DNA from: Nemertoderma westbladi
Taxonomy: Eukaryota; Animalia; Xenacoelomorpha
NCBI GenBank assembly: GCA_032718475.1
Contig: JAUCBJ010007424.1
Span: 1 to 47,327 of the forward strand
Direction of reading: 5' to 3'
Length of the DNA stretch: 47,327 nucleotides
The translations under genes were made by a program, and so were the position numbers. Each line of letters begins with the position of its first letter. Within the stretch, counting starts at the first letter, position 1. Under the pieces are notes generated by a model. That model ran no database searches, had not been told where the DNA came from, and worked only from the letters and a program-made list of their open reading frames with translations. This document shows positions 10,806 through 23,061 of the stretch, piece after piece.

Positions 10806-11273
10806 TTTTTTTTCAATCAATCAAAGGAACCCTTAAGGGTTCATTTATTTGTTTCGTTATCATAATACACGCTCTCAGTATTATAAACCCATCACCAGTT
10901 TAGGTACAGTGCGTAATTGGGGTTTTATTGCTATTTAGATTATATGGATCGGTGCTAGGTTTGGAGTTCCAATATTTGTTTACAGTATTGTAGTATTTAT
11001 GAGAAACAGGAAACAGTAGCAAAGCTAGTATAGTTCCCTGTTGCCGTGGCGAGCGTTTTGTTGTAAATATTACATATCAATCAATTTAATTCGTACAATC
11101 TGCTGATTTTAATATATTTAAATTACATTTTGAGATTTTAAAAAAATTTGAAATATCCAGTTAATGCGATGTGATATACGATTATTAATAGATACAAATT
11201 TATTTAATGAGTTTAATAGATGATCGGGCCTAATACTATTCTAGGACTTATTTATTTTAAGTTTTATTCTATT

Positions 11274-13535
11274 TTAAGTTAGATCGCTTAGCAATGACTT
11301 TTTGAGATTTTGGGTAAGTGCTTTCTTAGTTTTACTTTCTTTTATTTTCAGGGGAAGTGAATTCCATATCAAAGTACCGTGATATTTGAGTGATCTTTGT
11401 GTTAGAACCAGTCTTGTACGTGGTATGTAATAGTTCATTGATGTGACGGATCTTGTAGTGTACTTATGTATAGTAGAGGGGAGGGAGAAAAGTGACGTGA
11501 TAAAAGATTGTTTTTTTGAGTTTTTTATTTCCCACATTAATTTTGATGTTTCCAATATATGTAACTTTTCTATTGGTAATATTTCCAGAAATTTATAGAT
11601 TGGGTTTGAATGAGCTTGGTAATGATTAAATGTTATTGCACGAATTATTTTATTTATTTTTACTCTGAGTGGGTATATGTATTTATGGTGCGTGTTTCCC
11701 CATAATATTATACCATATTGAATATATGGGTGTATCAGTGCATAGAAAATCATTTTTAGTATATTTAATGGCAAGATATGGCGAAGTTTAAAAAATATTC
11801 CGCAGGATTTCGAAATTTTCTTCAGTATGTAGGAGCAGTGATATTTCCAAGATAATTTATTGTCTATCCAGATGCCCAAAAATTTTGTTTCATTTGTTTG
11901 TTTGATATTAACATTATTTATTTTTATTTTTTGAGTGATAGTAGTATTTGAATTTGAAAATATGAGATATTCGGTTTTTTTAAGATTGAGGGATAGTTTG
12001 TTGTCAGTGAGCCATTGATCAATTTTCGAGAGTTCATTATTTACTTTTGTAATTAGTGTGTCCTTGTTGGTGTGACTGTACAGTATGTTAGTATCATCGG
12101 CAAAAAGAGTAGTATGTAAATTTGTGCAGTTCGGTAAGTCATTTATATACAATAAAAATAGAGTAGCACTTAAGATAGCACCTTGTGGGGTACCACAATG
12201 TGGGGTAAGAGGGTCGGAGTGTGTATTGTTTATAACAACTGTGTGTGAGCGATCATTGAGGAAGCTTGTGAATAGTTGGAGCGGAAGACCTCTGATACCG
12301 TAACAGTTTAATTTTTTTAAGAGTATGCTATGGTTCAGGGTATCAAAAGCCTTTTTTAAATCTATAGAAATTAGGCATGATGATTCGTGATGGTCAAGAG
12401 ATTCAAGCAGTCTTTCTGTGATTGTAAGTATAGCGTCTGTTGTAGTAGAACGTTTCCTAAAACCGTATTGGCAGTGAGATAGAATTGAGTATTTTTCTAA
12501 GTAGGTTATGAGTTGGGTATTAATTATACGTTCGTAGAGTTTGCTAAATAGCGGCAAGACCGATATTGGTCTGTAGTTGTTTTTATCTGTAGGGTCGCCT
12601 GTTTTGTAGACTGGGGTAATTTTTGCTTGTTTTAGTACTTTTGGGAAAATTCCATTATTAATTGATTTGTTAATTAAGTAAGTTAAGTGAGGTGCTAGGT
12701 CGTGTGCTGCAGTTTTAACTAGTTGTATGGGGAATAGGTCATTAGTAGAGCAGTTGTTGTCTAGGTCTAGTAGGTAATATAGTATTTCAGTTTGCGTTGT
12801 ATCTGATAGGTAGAATGAGTTTGACTTACGGTGGTTTATGAATCTAGTTGGGTTACGGTTACTTCTCGGAATTGTCTCTGCTAGTTCTGGACCTATATTA
12901 GCGAAGTGTTGGTTAAGTACATTGGCAATTTCTTTTGGGAGAGTTTTATTTATGGTTCCTACTGTTGTTGATATTCTAATTTTTTTTGGAGTATTCAAGT
13001 TATTTGACTTATTTAGTGCTTTGTTTATTGTTTGCCATGTTTTTTTTGTATTTGTTTTGTGTTTCTCGAATTCTGAGTGGTAGTAGTTTTTTTCAGCCTT
13101 TCTAAGAGTTGTTGTTAGTTTATTGCGGTATTGTTTATAAAACTGTTCTTTTTCGCATGTAGGGTTAGTAATTAGATTTGCATATAGGTCATTTTTCTTG
13201 ATTGTTGATTGTACTAACGCGGGAGTCATCCAAGGTTTTTTAGGAATTTCTTTTTTTTCTAGGATCTTTCTTGGCAAGTGTTTATTGGTTATATTTTGAA
13301 AATCAGAGTAAAATATTTCGAATTGTTTTTCTATGGGTACTGTTGTTTTGTTATATGTCCAGTTATTAATATCTTTTATGTCTGAAATAAATTTATTTTT
13401 GTTATATTTGGAGTAATCATATACATATTTCATTTCTTGTTGCGTAAAGTGGCAGGAATAATTTTGTATGATTGCAAAAGTGGCTAAGTGATCAGTTGAT
13501 CCTTGTTGGCTTTGGAAAACTCCAGATGATACTGT
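11274..13535 (-). pseudogene. LINE ORF2, 3' part (end of endonuclease plus reverse transcriptase)
   Basis: Motifs NYRPISVLP, QYGFR, IDLKKAFDT, GTPQGAILSATLFLLYINDL, LFADDT, KFLGIWID. Joins in frame (NKT|VSSG) with 14821-15160 once the inserted element is removed. Confidence 0.93.
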
Positions 13536-13610
13536 GGGGCGAGCCACGAAGTTGGCGGAGCCTTAGCGAATTGACACTGTTAGGGGGTGGGTCAATTTAT
13601 GCAAATAGTT

Positions 13611-13642
<32 letters not shown>

Positions 13643-14817
13643 TACGATTTTGACATGCTAATAACTTTGTCGGATTTAAAGCTGCCAAGTTGAAAATTTG
13701 TAGGTATCAATATGAGCAAAAGTTGAGATTTTTGAGAGACTTTCAGACACCATCAGTGCAATGGTCTCCCGCTAGAGGGCCACATGTCTAAACATTAAAT
13801 GCCCTCCCATTTCTTTGCTTTTAATCCGTTTAAGCTGAAACTTGGCAGATATGTATTAGACCATTAGCTGTGACTTTCAAAGGAGGCGAATCCATCTGCA
13901 GTTCTCCAGTCTGCCGCTAGAGGGCCAAAGGTCTGAAAGTGAAATCGTTGTCGTCGTTACGATTTTGACATGCTAATAACTTTGTCGGATTTAAAGCTGC
14001 CAAGTTGAAAATTTGTAGGTATCAATATGAGCTAAAGTTGAGATTTTTGAGAGACTTTCAGACATCATCAGTGCAATGGTCTCCCGCTAGAGGGCCACAT
14101 GTCTAAACATTAAATGCCCTCCCATTTCTTTGCTTTTAATCCGTTTAAGCTGAAACTTGGCAGATATGTATTAGACCATTAGCTGTGACTTTCAAAGGAG
14201 GCGAATCCATCTGCAGTTCTCCAGTCTGCCGCTAGAGGGCCAAATGTCTGAAAGTGAAATCGTTGTCGTCGTTATGATATTGACATGCTTATAACTTTGT
14301 CGAATTTAAAGCTGCCAAGTTGAAAATTTGTTTTGTTGAAAATCAGTTCAACAGTCACCCGCTATAGGACTACTTTATGCCTGAAAGTGAATAGATTCTC
14401 CCGTCTCATTGATTTTAATCAGTTTAAGCTGAATCTTGCCATATATTCTGGACCACATGCTGCGTCTTTGTGGGGGGGGGGGGGGGGGGGGGGAGATGAG
14501 ATTTAATCGGTCTGCCGCTATACGACGAAATTTCTGAAAGTGAGATCCGTCTCTCATTTCGTTATCCGTTATTCAAGATGAAACTTGGCCGATGTACGTA
14601 TGTACTATTCATCCATAGGCTGTGTCTTTGTGGGGCTGGAGACCCTAATCCATCTTCAGTTCTCACTATACCGCTAGAGTCAGAAATGTCTGAATAGAAA
14701 TGAAAGAGGTAAAAAGTGATTAGGCGAAATCTGCTTAAAATTTGCTAATACAGTAATACTTTCGAATTAGTACTTAAATTAAATTTAAGTCACGTGCTGC
14801 GCGAAGGCCCCACTTCG
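13536..14817. mobile_element. Non-autonomous Helentron/HINE-like element, copy 1 (two 315-bp units plus a degenerate unit)
   Basis: Near-identical to 24231-25877. Asymmetric inverted repeats (CACGAAGTTGGC near the left end, GCCCCACTTCGTG at the right end), (GTC)n microsatellite, 315-bp tandem units at 13641/13956/14271, flanked by TGT on both sides. Confidence 0.8.
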
Positions 14818-14820
14818 TGT

Positions 14821-15745
14821 TTTATTGTTAATAATAGTTGATATATGGTCTATTAAAGTTCGGGAGTATGGTGTAATTCTAGTTGCTTTGTCTATTATTT
14901 GTTCAAATCCATTTGATTCTATAGTTTGTATATAGTTATTGGCGTGGTTAGAGCGTTTCAATAAATCTATATTCATGTCGCCGGTTATTATTATGTCAGT
15001 TGTATTTTGATTGATCGAAGCTAAAACCGCATTGAAATTATCTATGAAATCGTTAGTATTGCACGAGTCTGGGTGGTAAATAGTTCCAATTAATATTTGT
15101 CTTTTGGAGTGATTATTATTTGAAGATCTGTTTATAGTAACCCAAGTAGATTCACAGTCGGTTTTTTAGCCCATATTTTCGGTGTGTAATAAGTGGGGTT
15201 GAGTAGCCGTCAATGTGTAAGTAAGATAGATCCGTCTCATCTGTAATAAATGTTTCTGTAAAAGTTAGTATGTCGAAATTTAGGGTTAGTAATGATAGGA
15301 AGTCAGAGGTAGGCGCTAGATTTTTGTTTAGGCTTCTACAGTTTACATGAAACACTGAAAAATTTGTATTTTTAGAATCAAACTTGTTATTAAAATTTTG
15401 TTCATTATAATACTGACAATTTGTTTTTATATTATTTAAATTTTGGTCCGGGTCAATATTTTTAAAAGTGCTATTAGAGTCCATATAATTTTCGGGTAAT
15501 AAAATATCAATGTCATTGCTTTCAAAAATATCATAGTCATCGGGCGGAATAGTATTAAAAGGAAAAATATCATTGTAACAGAATAAACAGTAAATATTAG
15601 ATAAATTCAATAATGGAGTAGTAATATTAGAACCGCATTGCTGGTGGTAAGAATTCTTACAGATATCGCATACTATTTTCCTATCTTTTTTATTAAATTT
15701 TGAAAAGCAGAAATGGCAGGATGTACGAGGGTCATTGACTGGCAT
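14821..15745 (-). pseudogene. LINE ORF2, 5' part (PHD finger plus APE endonuclease), frameshifted
   Basis: CHFC...CDICKNSYHQQC...YCLFC; VFHVNCRSL, TETF, IGTIYHP, TGDMNIDL, ATRIT...TLIDH. A frameshifting deletion near 15165 removes the usual GGGV segment. Confidence 0.88.
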
Positions 15746-15774
15746 AAAATATATTTTGGAATTTAATATAAAAT

Positions 15775-16495
15775 ACCATCCATTGATCCACACCCTTCCA
15801 TTGCTCCACACCCACCCATTGCACCCCACTCATCCATTGCTTCCTTAACCATTCAATGATCGCCACCCACCCATTGCTCCCCACCCATACATTGCCCCCC
15901 ACCCATCAATTGCTCCCCACCCATCCATTGCTCCCCACACATCCATTGCTCCCCACCCATCCATTGCTCCCCACACATCCATTGCTCCTCACTCATTCAT
16001 TTCTCCCCACCCATCCATTGCTCCCTACCCATTCGTTCCTCCCCAACCACCCATTGCTCCCGACCCATCCATTGCTACCCAACCATCCATTGATCCACAC
16101 CCTTCCATTGCTCCACACCCACCCATTGCACCCCACTCATTCATTGCTTCCTTAACCATTCAATGATCGCCACCCACCCATTGCTCCCCACCCATACATT
16201 GCTCCCCACCCATCAATTGCTCCCCACCCCTCCATTGCTCTCCACCCACCCATTGCTCCCCAACCATCCATTGATCCCCATCCATTCATTGCTACCCACC
16301 CATTCATTCCTCCCTCCCACCCATCCATTATTCCCACCCATCCTTTGCTCCCCACCCATCCATTGCTACTCACCCATCCATTGCTCCCCACCCATTCATT
16401 TCTCCCCACCCATCCACTGCTCCCCACCCATCCACTGAACCCTACCCATCCATTGTTCCCCACCCATCCATTGCTCGCCTCCCATCCATTGCTCC
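15775..16495. repeat. 18-bp minisatellite, middle block
   Basis: Same unit as 10286-10805, with variant units. Confidence 0.97.
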
Positions 16496-17295
16496 TCCTT
16501 TGTACAAAGACTGCAAAGTTCCGGAGCGGTACCGTCTAGCGTGGTCGAGATTTAGGCTGGGTAGCCACAGCTTCCCCGTAGAACGAATGAGGTGGGCCAG
16601 GGTACGTGATACTGAGCGCTTCTGTGTATGTGGAGCTATCCAGACGGAACAACATATTGTCACCGTTTGCCCATTTACTGAGCGATCCAGGAGACATGTC
16701 AATGGAAGCTGGTCTGATTTAACAAGTTTATTTGGTTTTGGTAATCAAGTGGAGGTAGCTAAAATGATCGAAAGTATGACCCACGATTATTAATAAGTGA
16801 CTAAGTAACAAATAGCGAATTATTTATTGGATGGAGCGCGATTCGAGTATTTAGTATAATGTAATTTTCATTTATATATTTTATGAACCTACTGACCATA
16901 ATTATTTAATTAAGTGGAACATGATAAATTGTGAAAGAAGCACTGTTCTTTATTTATTTACATAATATTATTTATTTATTTTAACTATAACTTTTTATTA
17001 CAATACACTAGACCCAGTATCACACGGCTTGACAATTATTTAGATATAACATATTTATTCATTTAATTATATTAGACCCAGCATCGCACGACTTGACAGT
17101 TAATTAGAGATGTACTCGTAAGTAGGTACTTTTATTGTGCTATTTCTGTTCGGAATTTAAATATTTAATTTTTTCTGGTAAATCTCTTTATATTATGGTC
17201 GTGCACTACCGCTTCAATCATGTTACTGTACTGTTAATTATTGTGCAAGTATTGAACTGTATAGAGAAGTGTAGACAATAAACAATCAATCAAAT
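16496..17295 (+). mobile_element. 5'-truncated LINE 3' end (C-terminal Cys/His domain, 3' UTR, (CAAT)n tail) inserted in the minisatellite
   Basis: RFRLGSHSFPVE...RFCVCGAIQTEQHIVTVCP is a typical non-LTR ORF2 C-terminal motif; ends AATAAACAATCAATCAAATC; satellite phase resumes on both sides. Confidence 0.85.
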
Positions 17296-20200
17296 CCCCA
17301 CCTATCCATTACTACTCACCCATCCATTGCTCCCCACCCATCCACTGCTCCCCACCCTTCCATTGCTACCCACCCATCCATTGATACCCACCCATCCATT
17401 GCTCCCCACCCATTTATTTCACCCCACCCATCCATTGATCCCCACCCATCCATTGCTCCCCACCAATGCTCCCCACCCATCCATTGCTCCCCACCCATCC
17501 ATTGCTACCCGCCCATTCATTTCTCCCCACCCATCCATTGCTACACACGCATCCATTCCTCCCACGCATCCAAATTGCTCCCCACCCATTCAATTCTCCC
17601 CACCTATCCATTGCTCCCCACCCATCCTTTGCTCCCCACCCATCCATTGATACTCACCCATCCATTGCTCCCCACCCATTCATTTCTCCCCACCCATCCA
17701 CTGCTCCCCACCCATCCACTGAACCCTACCCATCCATTGTTCCCCACCCATCCATTGCTCGCCTCCCATCCATTGCTCCCCACCTATCCATTACTACTCA
17801 CCCATCCATTGCTCCCCACCCATCCACTGCTCCCCACCCTTTCATTGCTCCCCACCCATCCATTGCTACCCACCCATCCATTGCTCCCCACCCATTTATT
17901 TCACCCCACCCATCCATTGATCCCCACCCATCCATTGCTCCCCACCAATGCTCCCCACCCATCCATTGCTCCCCACCCATCCATTGCTCCCCATCCATCC
18001 ATTGCTCCCCACCCATTCATTTCTCCCCACCCATCCATTGCTCCCTACCCATTCGTTCCTCCCCAACCACCCATTGATCCCCACCCCTCCATTGCTCTCC
18101 ACCCACCCATTGCCCTACCAACCATCCATTGATCCCCATCCATTCATTGCTACCCACCCATTCATTCCTCCCTCCCACCCATCCATTATTCCCACCCATT
18201 CTTTGCTCCCCACCCATCCATTGCTACTCACCCATTCATTTATCCCCACCCATCCACTGCTCCCCACCCATCCACTGAACCCTACCCATCCATTGTTCCC
18301 CACCCATCCATTGCTCGCCTCCCATCCATTGCTCCCCACCTATCCATTACTACTCACCCATCCATTGCTCCCCACCCATCCACTGCTCCCCACCCTTCCA
18401 TTGCTCCCACCCATCCACTGCTCCCCACCCATCCATTGCTCCCCACCCATCCACTGCTCCCCACCCTTCCATTGCTCCCCACCCATCCATTGCTACCCAC
18501 CCATCCATTGCTCCCCACCCATTTATTTCACCCCACCCATCCATTGATCCCCACCCATCCATTGCTCCCCACCAATGCTCCCCACCCATCCATTGCTCCC
18601 CACCCATCCATTGCTACCCGCCCATTCATTTCTCCCCACCCATCCATTGCTACACACGCATCCATTCCTCCCACGCATCCAAATTGCTCCCCACCCATTC
18701 AATTCTCCCCACCTATCCATTACTACTCACCCATCCATTGCTCCCCACCCATCCACTGCTCCCCACCCTCCCATTGCTCCCCACCCATCCATTGCTACCC
18801 ACCCATCCATTGCTCCCCACCCATTTATTTCACCCCACCGATCCATTGATCCCCACCCATCCATTGCTCCCCACCAATGCTCCCCACCCATCCATTGCTC
18901 CCCATCCATCCATTGCTCCCCACCCATTCATTTCTCCCCACCCATCCATTGCTCCCTACCCATTCGTTCCTCCCCAACCACCCATTGATCCCCACCCCTC
19001 CATTGCTCTCCACCCACCCATTGCTCCCCAACCATCCATTGATCCCCATCCATTCATTGCTACCCACCCATTCATTCCTCCCTCCCACCCATCCATTAAT
19101 CCCACCCATCATTTGCTCCCCATCCATCCATTGCTACTCACCCATCCATTGCTCCCCACCCATTCATTTCTCCCCACCCATCCACTGCTCCCCACCCATC
19201 CACTGAACCCTACCCATCCATTGTTCCCCACCCATCCATTGCTCGCCTCCCATCCATTGCTCCCTACCTATCCATTACTACTCACCCATCCATTGCTCCC
19301 CACCCATCCACTGCTCCCCACCCTTCCATTGCTCCCCACCCATCCATTGCTACCCACCCATCCATTGCTCCCCACCCATTTATTTCACCCCACCCATCCA
19401 TTGATCCCCACCCATCCATTGCTCCCCACCAATGCTCCCCACCCATCCATTGCTCCCCACCCATCCATTGCTACCCGCCCATTCATTTCTCCCCACCCAT
19501 CCATTGCTACACACGCATCCATTCCTCCCACGCATCCAAATTGCTCCCCACCCATTCAATTCTCCCCACCTATCCATTGCTCCCCACCCATCCATTGCTC
19601 CCCACCCATTCATTCCTCCCACCCATCCATTGCTCCCCACCCATCCATTGTTCCCCACACATCCATTAAATGCTCCCCACACATCCATTGCTCCCCACCC
19701 ATCCATTGCTCCCCTCCCATCCATTATCCCCACCCATCCATTGCACCCCACCCATTCATTCCTCCCTCCCACCCATCCATTATTCCCACCCATCCTTTGC
19801 TCCCCACCCATCCATTGCTACTCACCCATGCATTGCTCCCCACCTATTCATTTCTCCCCACCCATCCACTGCTCCCCACCCATCCATTCCTCCCACCTAT
19901 CCATTCCTCCCTCCCACCCATCCATTATTCCCACCCATCCTTTGCTCCCCACCCATCCATTGCTCCCCACCCATCCATTGCTCCCCACCCATCCATTGCT
20001 CCCCACCCATCCATTGCTCCCCACCCATCCATTGCTCCCCACCCATCCACTGAACCCTACCCATCCATTGTTCCCCACCCATCCATTGCTCGCCTCCCAT
20101 CCATTGCTCCCCACCTATCCATTACTACTCACCCATCCATTGCTCCCCACCCATCCACTGCTCCCCACCCTTCCATTGCTCCCCACCCATCCATTGCTAC

Positions 20201-20462
20201 CCACCCATCCATTGCTCCCCACCCATTTATTTCACCCCACCCATCCATTGATCCCCACCCATCCATTGCTCCCCACCAATGCTCCCCACCCATCCATTGC
20301 TACCCGCCCATTCATTTCTCCCCACCCATTCATTGCTACACACGCATCCATTCCTCCCACGCATCCAAATTGCTCCCCACCCATTCAATTCTCCCCACCT
20401 ATCCATTGCTCCCCACCCATCCATTGCTCCCCACCCATACACTGCTCCCACCCATCCATTGC
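17296..20462. repeat. 18-bp minisatellite, right block with higher-order duplications
   Basis: Diagnostic variant runs (CTGAACCCTACCC, GCTCGCCTCCC, GCTACACACGCATCC) recur in the same order several times. Confidence 0.97.
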
Positions 20463-20651
20463 TTTCATTCAATATTATTGAGTTTTTTTAAAACATGTAA
20501 ATTTTATAATAATAATTCTATAATTTTCTAAATATACACGTTTTAGATAATATATAATAATACTCACTCATATTATATTATGACTACAATCTTATCAGAT
20601 TAATCAAATAATTTTTCATATCGCTTCACCAAATCTGTGCAACCCGGAAGG

Positions 20652-21700
20652 CCTGAAAGTTTATTGCCGTGTGTTGAGAAAGTCTGCAAGTTTATTTCCA
20701 TGTGTGAGAAAGACTGTAAGTTTATTGCCGTGTGTGAGAAAGTCTTAAAGTGTATTGCCGTGTGTGAGAAAGTCTGCAAGTTTATTGCCGTGTGTGAGAA
20801 AGATTGTAAGTTTATTGCCGTGTGTGAGAAAGAGTGTAATTTTATTGCCGTGTGTGAGAAAGACTGTAAGTTTATTGCCGTGTGTGAGAAAGACTGTAAG
20901 TTTATTGCCGTGTGTGAGAAAGTCTTAAAGTGTATTGCCGTGTGTGAGAAAGTCTGCAAGTTTATTGCCGTGTGTGAGAAAGATTGTAAGTTTATTGCCG
21001 TGTGTGAGAAAGAGTGTAATTTTATTGCCGTGTGTGAGAAAGACTGTAAGTTTATTGCCGTGTGTGAGAAAGTCTTAAAGTGTATTGCCGTGTGTGAGAA
21101 AGTCTGCAAGTTTATTGCCGTGTGTGAGAAAGTCTTAAAGTGTATTACCGTGTGTGAGAAAGTCTGCAAGTTTATTGCCGTGTGTGAGAAAGATTGTAAG
21201 TTTATTGCCGTGTGTGAGAAAGAGTGTAATTTTATTGCCGTGTTTGAGAAAGATTGTAAGTTTATTGCCGTGTGTGAGAAAGAGTGTAATTTTATTGCCG
21301 TGTGTGAGAAAGACTGTAAGTTTATTGCCGTGTGTGAGAAAGTCTGAAAGTTTATTGCCGTGTGTGAGAAATTCTGAAAGTTTATTGCCGTGTGTGAGAA
21401 AGTCTGCAAGTTTATTGCCGTGTGTGAGAAAGACTGTAAGTTTATTGCCGTGTGTGAGAAAGTCTGAAAGTTTATTGCCGTGTGTGAGAAAGTCTGCAAG
21501 TTTATTGCCGTGTGTGAGAAAGACTGCAAGTTTATTGCCGTGTGTGAGAAAATCTGAAAGTTTATAGACGTGTGTGAGAAAGTCTGCAAGTTTATTGTCG
21601 TGTGTGAGAAAGACTGCAAATTTATTGCCGTGTGTGAGAACGTCTGAAAGTTTATTGCCGTGTGTGAGAAAGTCTGAAAGCTTACTGCCGTGTGTGAAGA
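20652..21700. repeat. 30-bp minisatellite, about 35 units (constant TTTATTGCCGTGTGTGAGAAA plus a variable 9-mer)
   Basis: Exact 30-bp period visible in the line layout. Confidence 0.97.
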
Positions 21701-21830
21701 AGTCTCATAAACAATTTGTTTGCTTTCTTCTATTAATTAATATTAAAGCAACATTAGTAGCTATTTTTTATGTTGTTAGCTAGTCATTAAAAGTTTTATT
21801 ATTGTTATGTTCAGTAAAAATTATGAAGCA

Positions 21831-22005
21831 CGTCACCGGGGTTTGAACCAGCCGTATACGTATGTTTCGGCCTGCGTCACCAGGGTTTGAACCAGCCCTA
21901 TACGTACGTTTCGGCCTGCGTCACCAGGGTTTTAACCAGCCCTATACGTACGTTTCGGCCTGCGTCACCAGGGTTTGAACCAGCCCTATACGTACGTTTC
22001 GGCCT
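21831..22005. repeat. 44-bp tandem repeat, 4 units
   Basis: CGTCACCAGGGTTTGAACCAGCCCTATACGTACGTTTCGGCCTG units at 21831, 21875, 21919, 21963. Confidence 0.95.
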
Positions 22006-22050
22006 ATCAGACCTCAACTCATTTATTCCATTTCTGAACAAAACCTTAAT

Positions 22051-22804
22051 CATGTCCCAGAATATAGTGTCGTAATTCAGTTACACGACCCCCCCCCTAA
22101 TTTTTCTACAATTCTTAATTAAATTGCATGAAATTTGAAACAGAGAGTTTCACCTCCCTACCACTGACTGGGTGAGCCAGTATTTTTGCTCTCAATCTTT
22201 AGCTAAAAGCGTTTAAAAAGTGTCTCCGGCGATATTACACCATTCCCACCGCAGTTATTCTTCTACCTTATGTTGCTGTGTGGAAAGCTGGCAATGCAAG
22301 GATTCCAAATATGTAACACAATCTGAATTACGTTGAAAAATAGCAGAGATATGTGCGTTCAAATGTTACATGGTTATGCACCTACGCGAGGCTATTTCAT
22401 TCTATTTAAAAAATGCATCATATTCTGGAATATTTTGTTTACCATGCAACATTTGAACGCCCATATCTCAGCTATTTTTCAACGTAATTCAGATTGTGTT
22501 ACATATTTGGAATCCTTGCATGACCAGCTTTCCATTGGTACCAACAAACAGCTATAAGGTAGAAGAATAACTGCGGTGTAACTGGTGTACAGTAATATAT
22601 CTGGAGACACTTTTTTTAAACGCTTGTAGCTAAAGATTGAAATAATTAATTTCAAAAAATAAAAATTCTGGCTCACCCAGTCAGTGGTCGGGAGGTGAAA
22701 CTATCTGTTTCAAATTTCATGCAATCTCATTAAGATTTGTAGAAAAATTAGGGGGGGGGGGGGAGTTGTCACTGAAATACGACACTATATTCTGGGACAT
22801 GGTG
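22051..22804. mobile_element. Foldback MITE, probably Tc1/mariner-type, with ~320-360-bp inverted arms
   Basis: CATGTCCCAGAATATAGTGTCGTA at 22051 mirrors TACGACACTATATTCTGGGACATGGTG|TA at the right end; complementarity continues inward to ~22370/22440. Confidence 0.85.
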
Positions 22805-23061
22805 TAAATATTTGTATTTTTAAACATAAATATTATTTAAGTTAAGTGATACAATAGCAAATATGTTCTAGAACGTACCGCTATTTAATTGTAACGCAAT
22901 TGTAATGGATTTAATTCTGCGCCCTTCAGAATAAAACTCTTAATTAAAAATGTAGCTTCTAACTCAATAGGCCATAGCCGTAAAATGTTGTTTCTCTGTA
23001 TGATAATACGTAATGACCCGGCAACATTGATAACAAAGAATACCAAACATAAAAACAACAG

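Larger units (their letters stand above)
10806..15774 (-). mobile_element. CR1-group LINE (PHD + APE endonuclease + RT), inserted in the 18-bp minisatellite and itself interrupted
   Basis: Minus strand ends AATAAA...(TTGA)n-poly(A) at 10806-10850; ACCAT target-site duplication at 10801-10805 and 15775-15779; ORF2 ATG at 15745. Confidence 0.92.

Noticed and set aside
10280-20531. Many Pro/His- or Gly/Trp-rich ORFs (up to 615 aa)
   Set aside because: Translations of the 18-bp minisatellite, open in several frames on both strands.
20652-21700. CRISPR-like constant/variable array
   Set aside because: Variable parts are only 9 nt, related to each other and reused; eukaryotic context with no cas genes.
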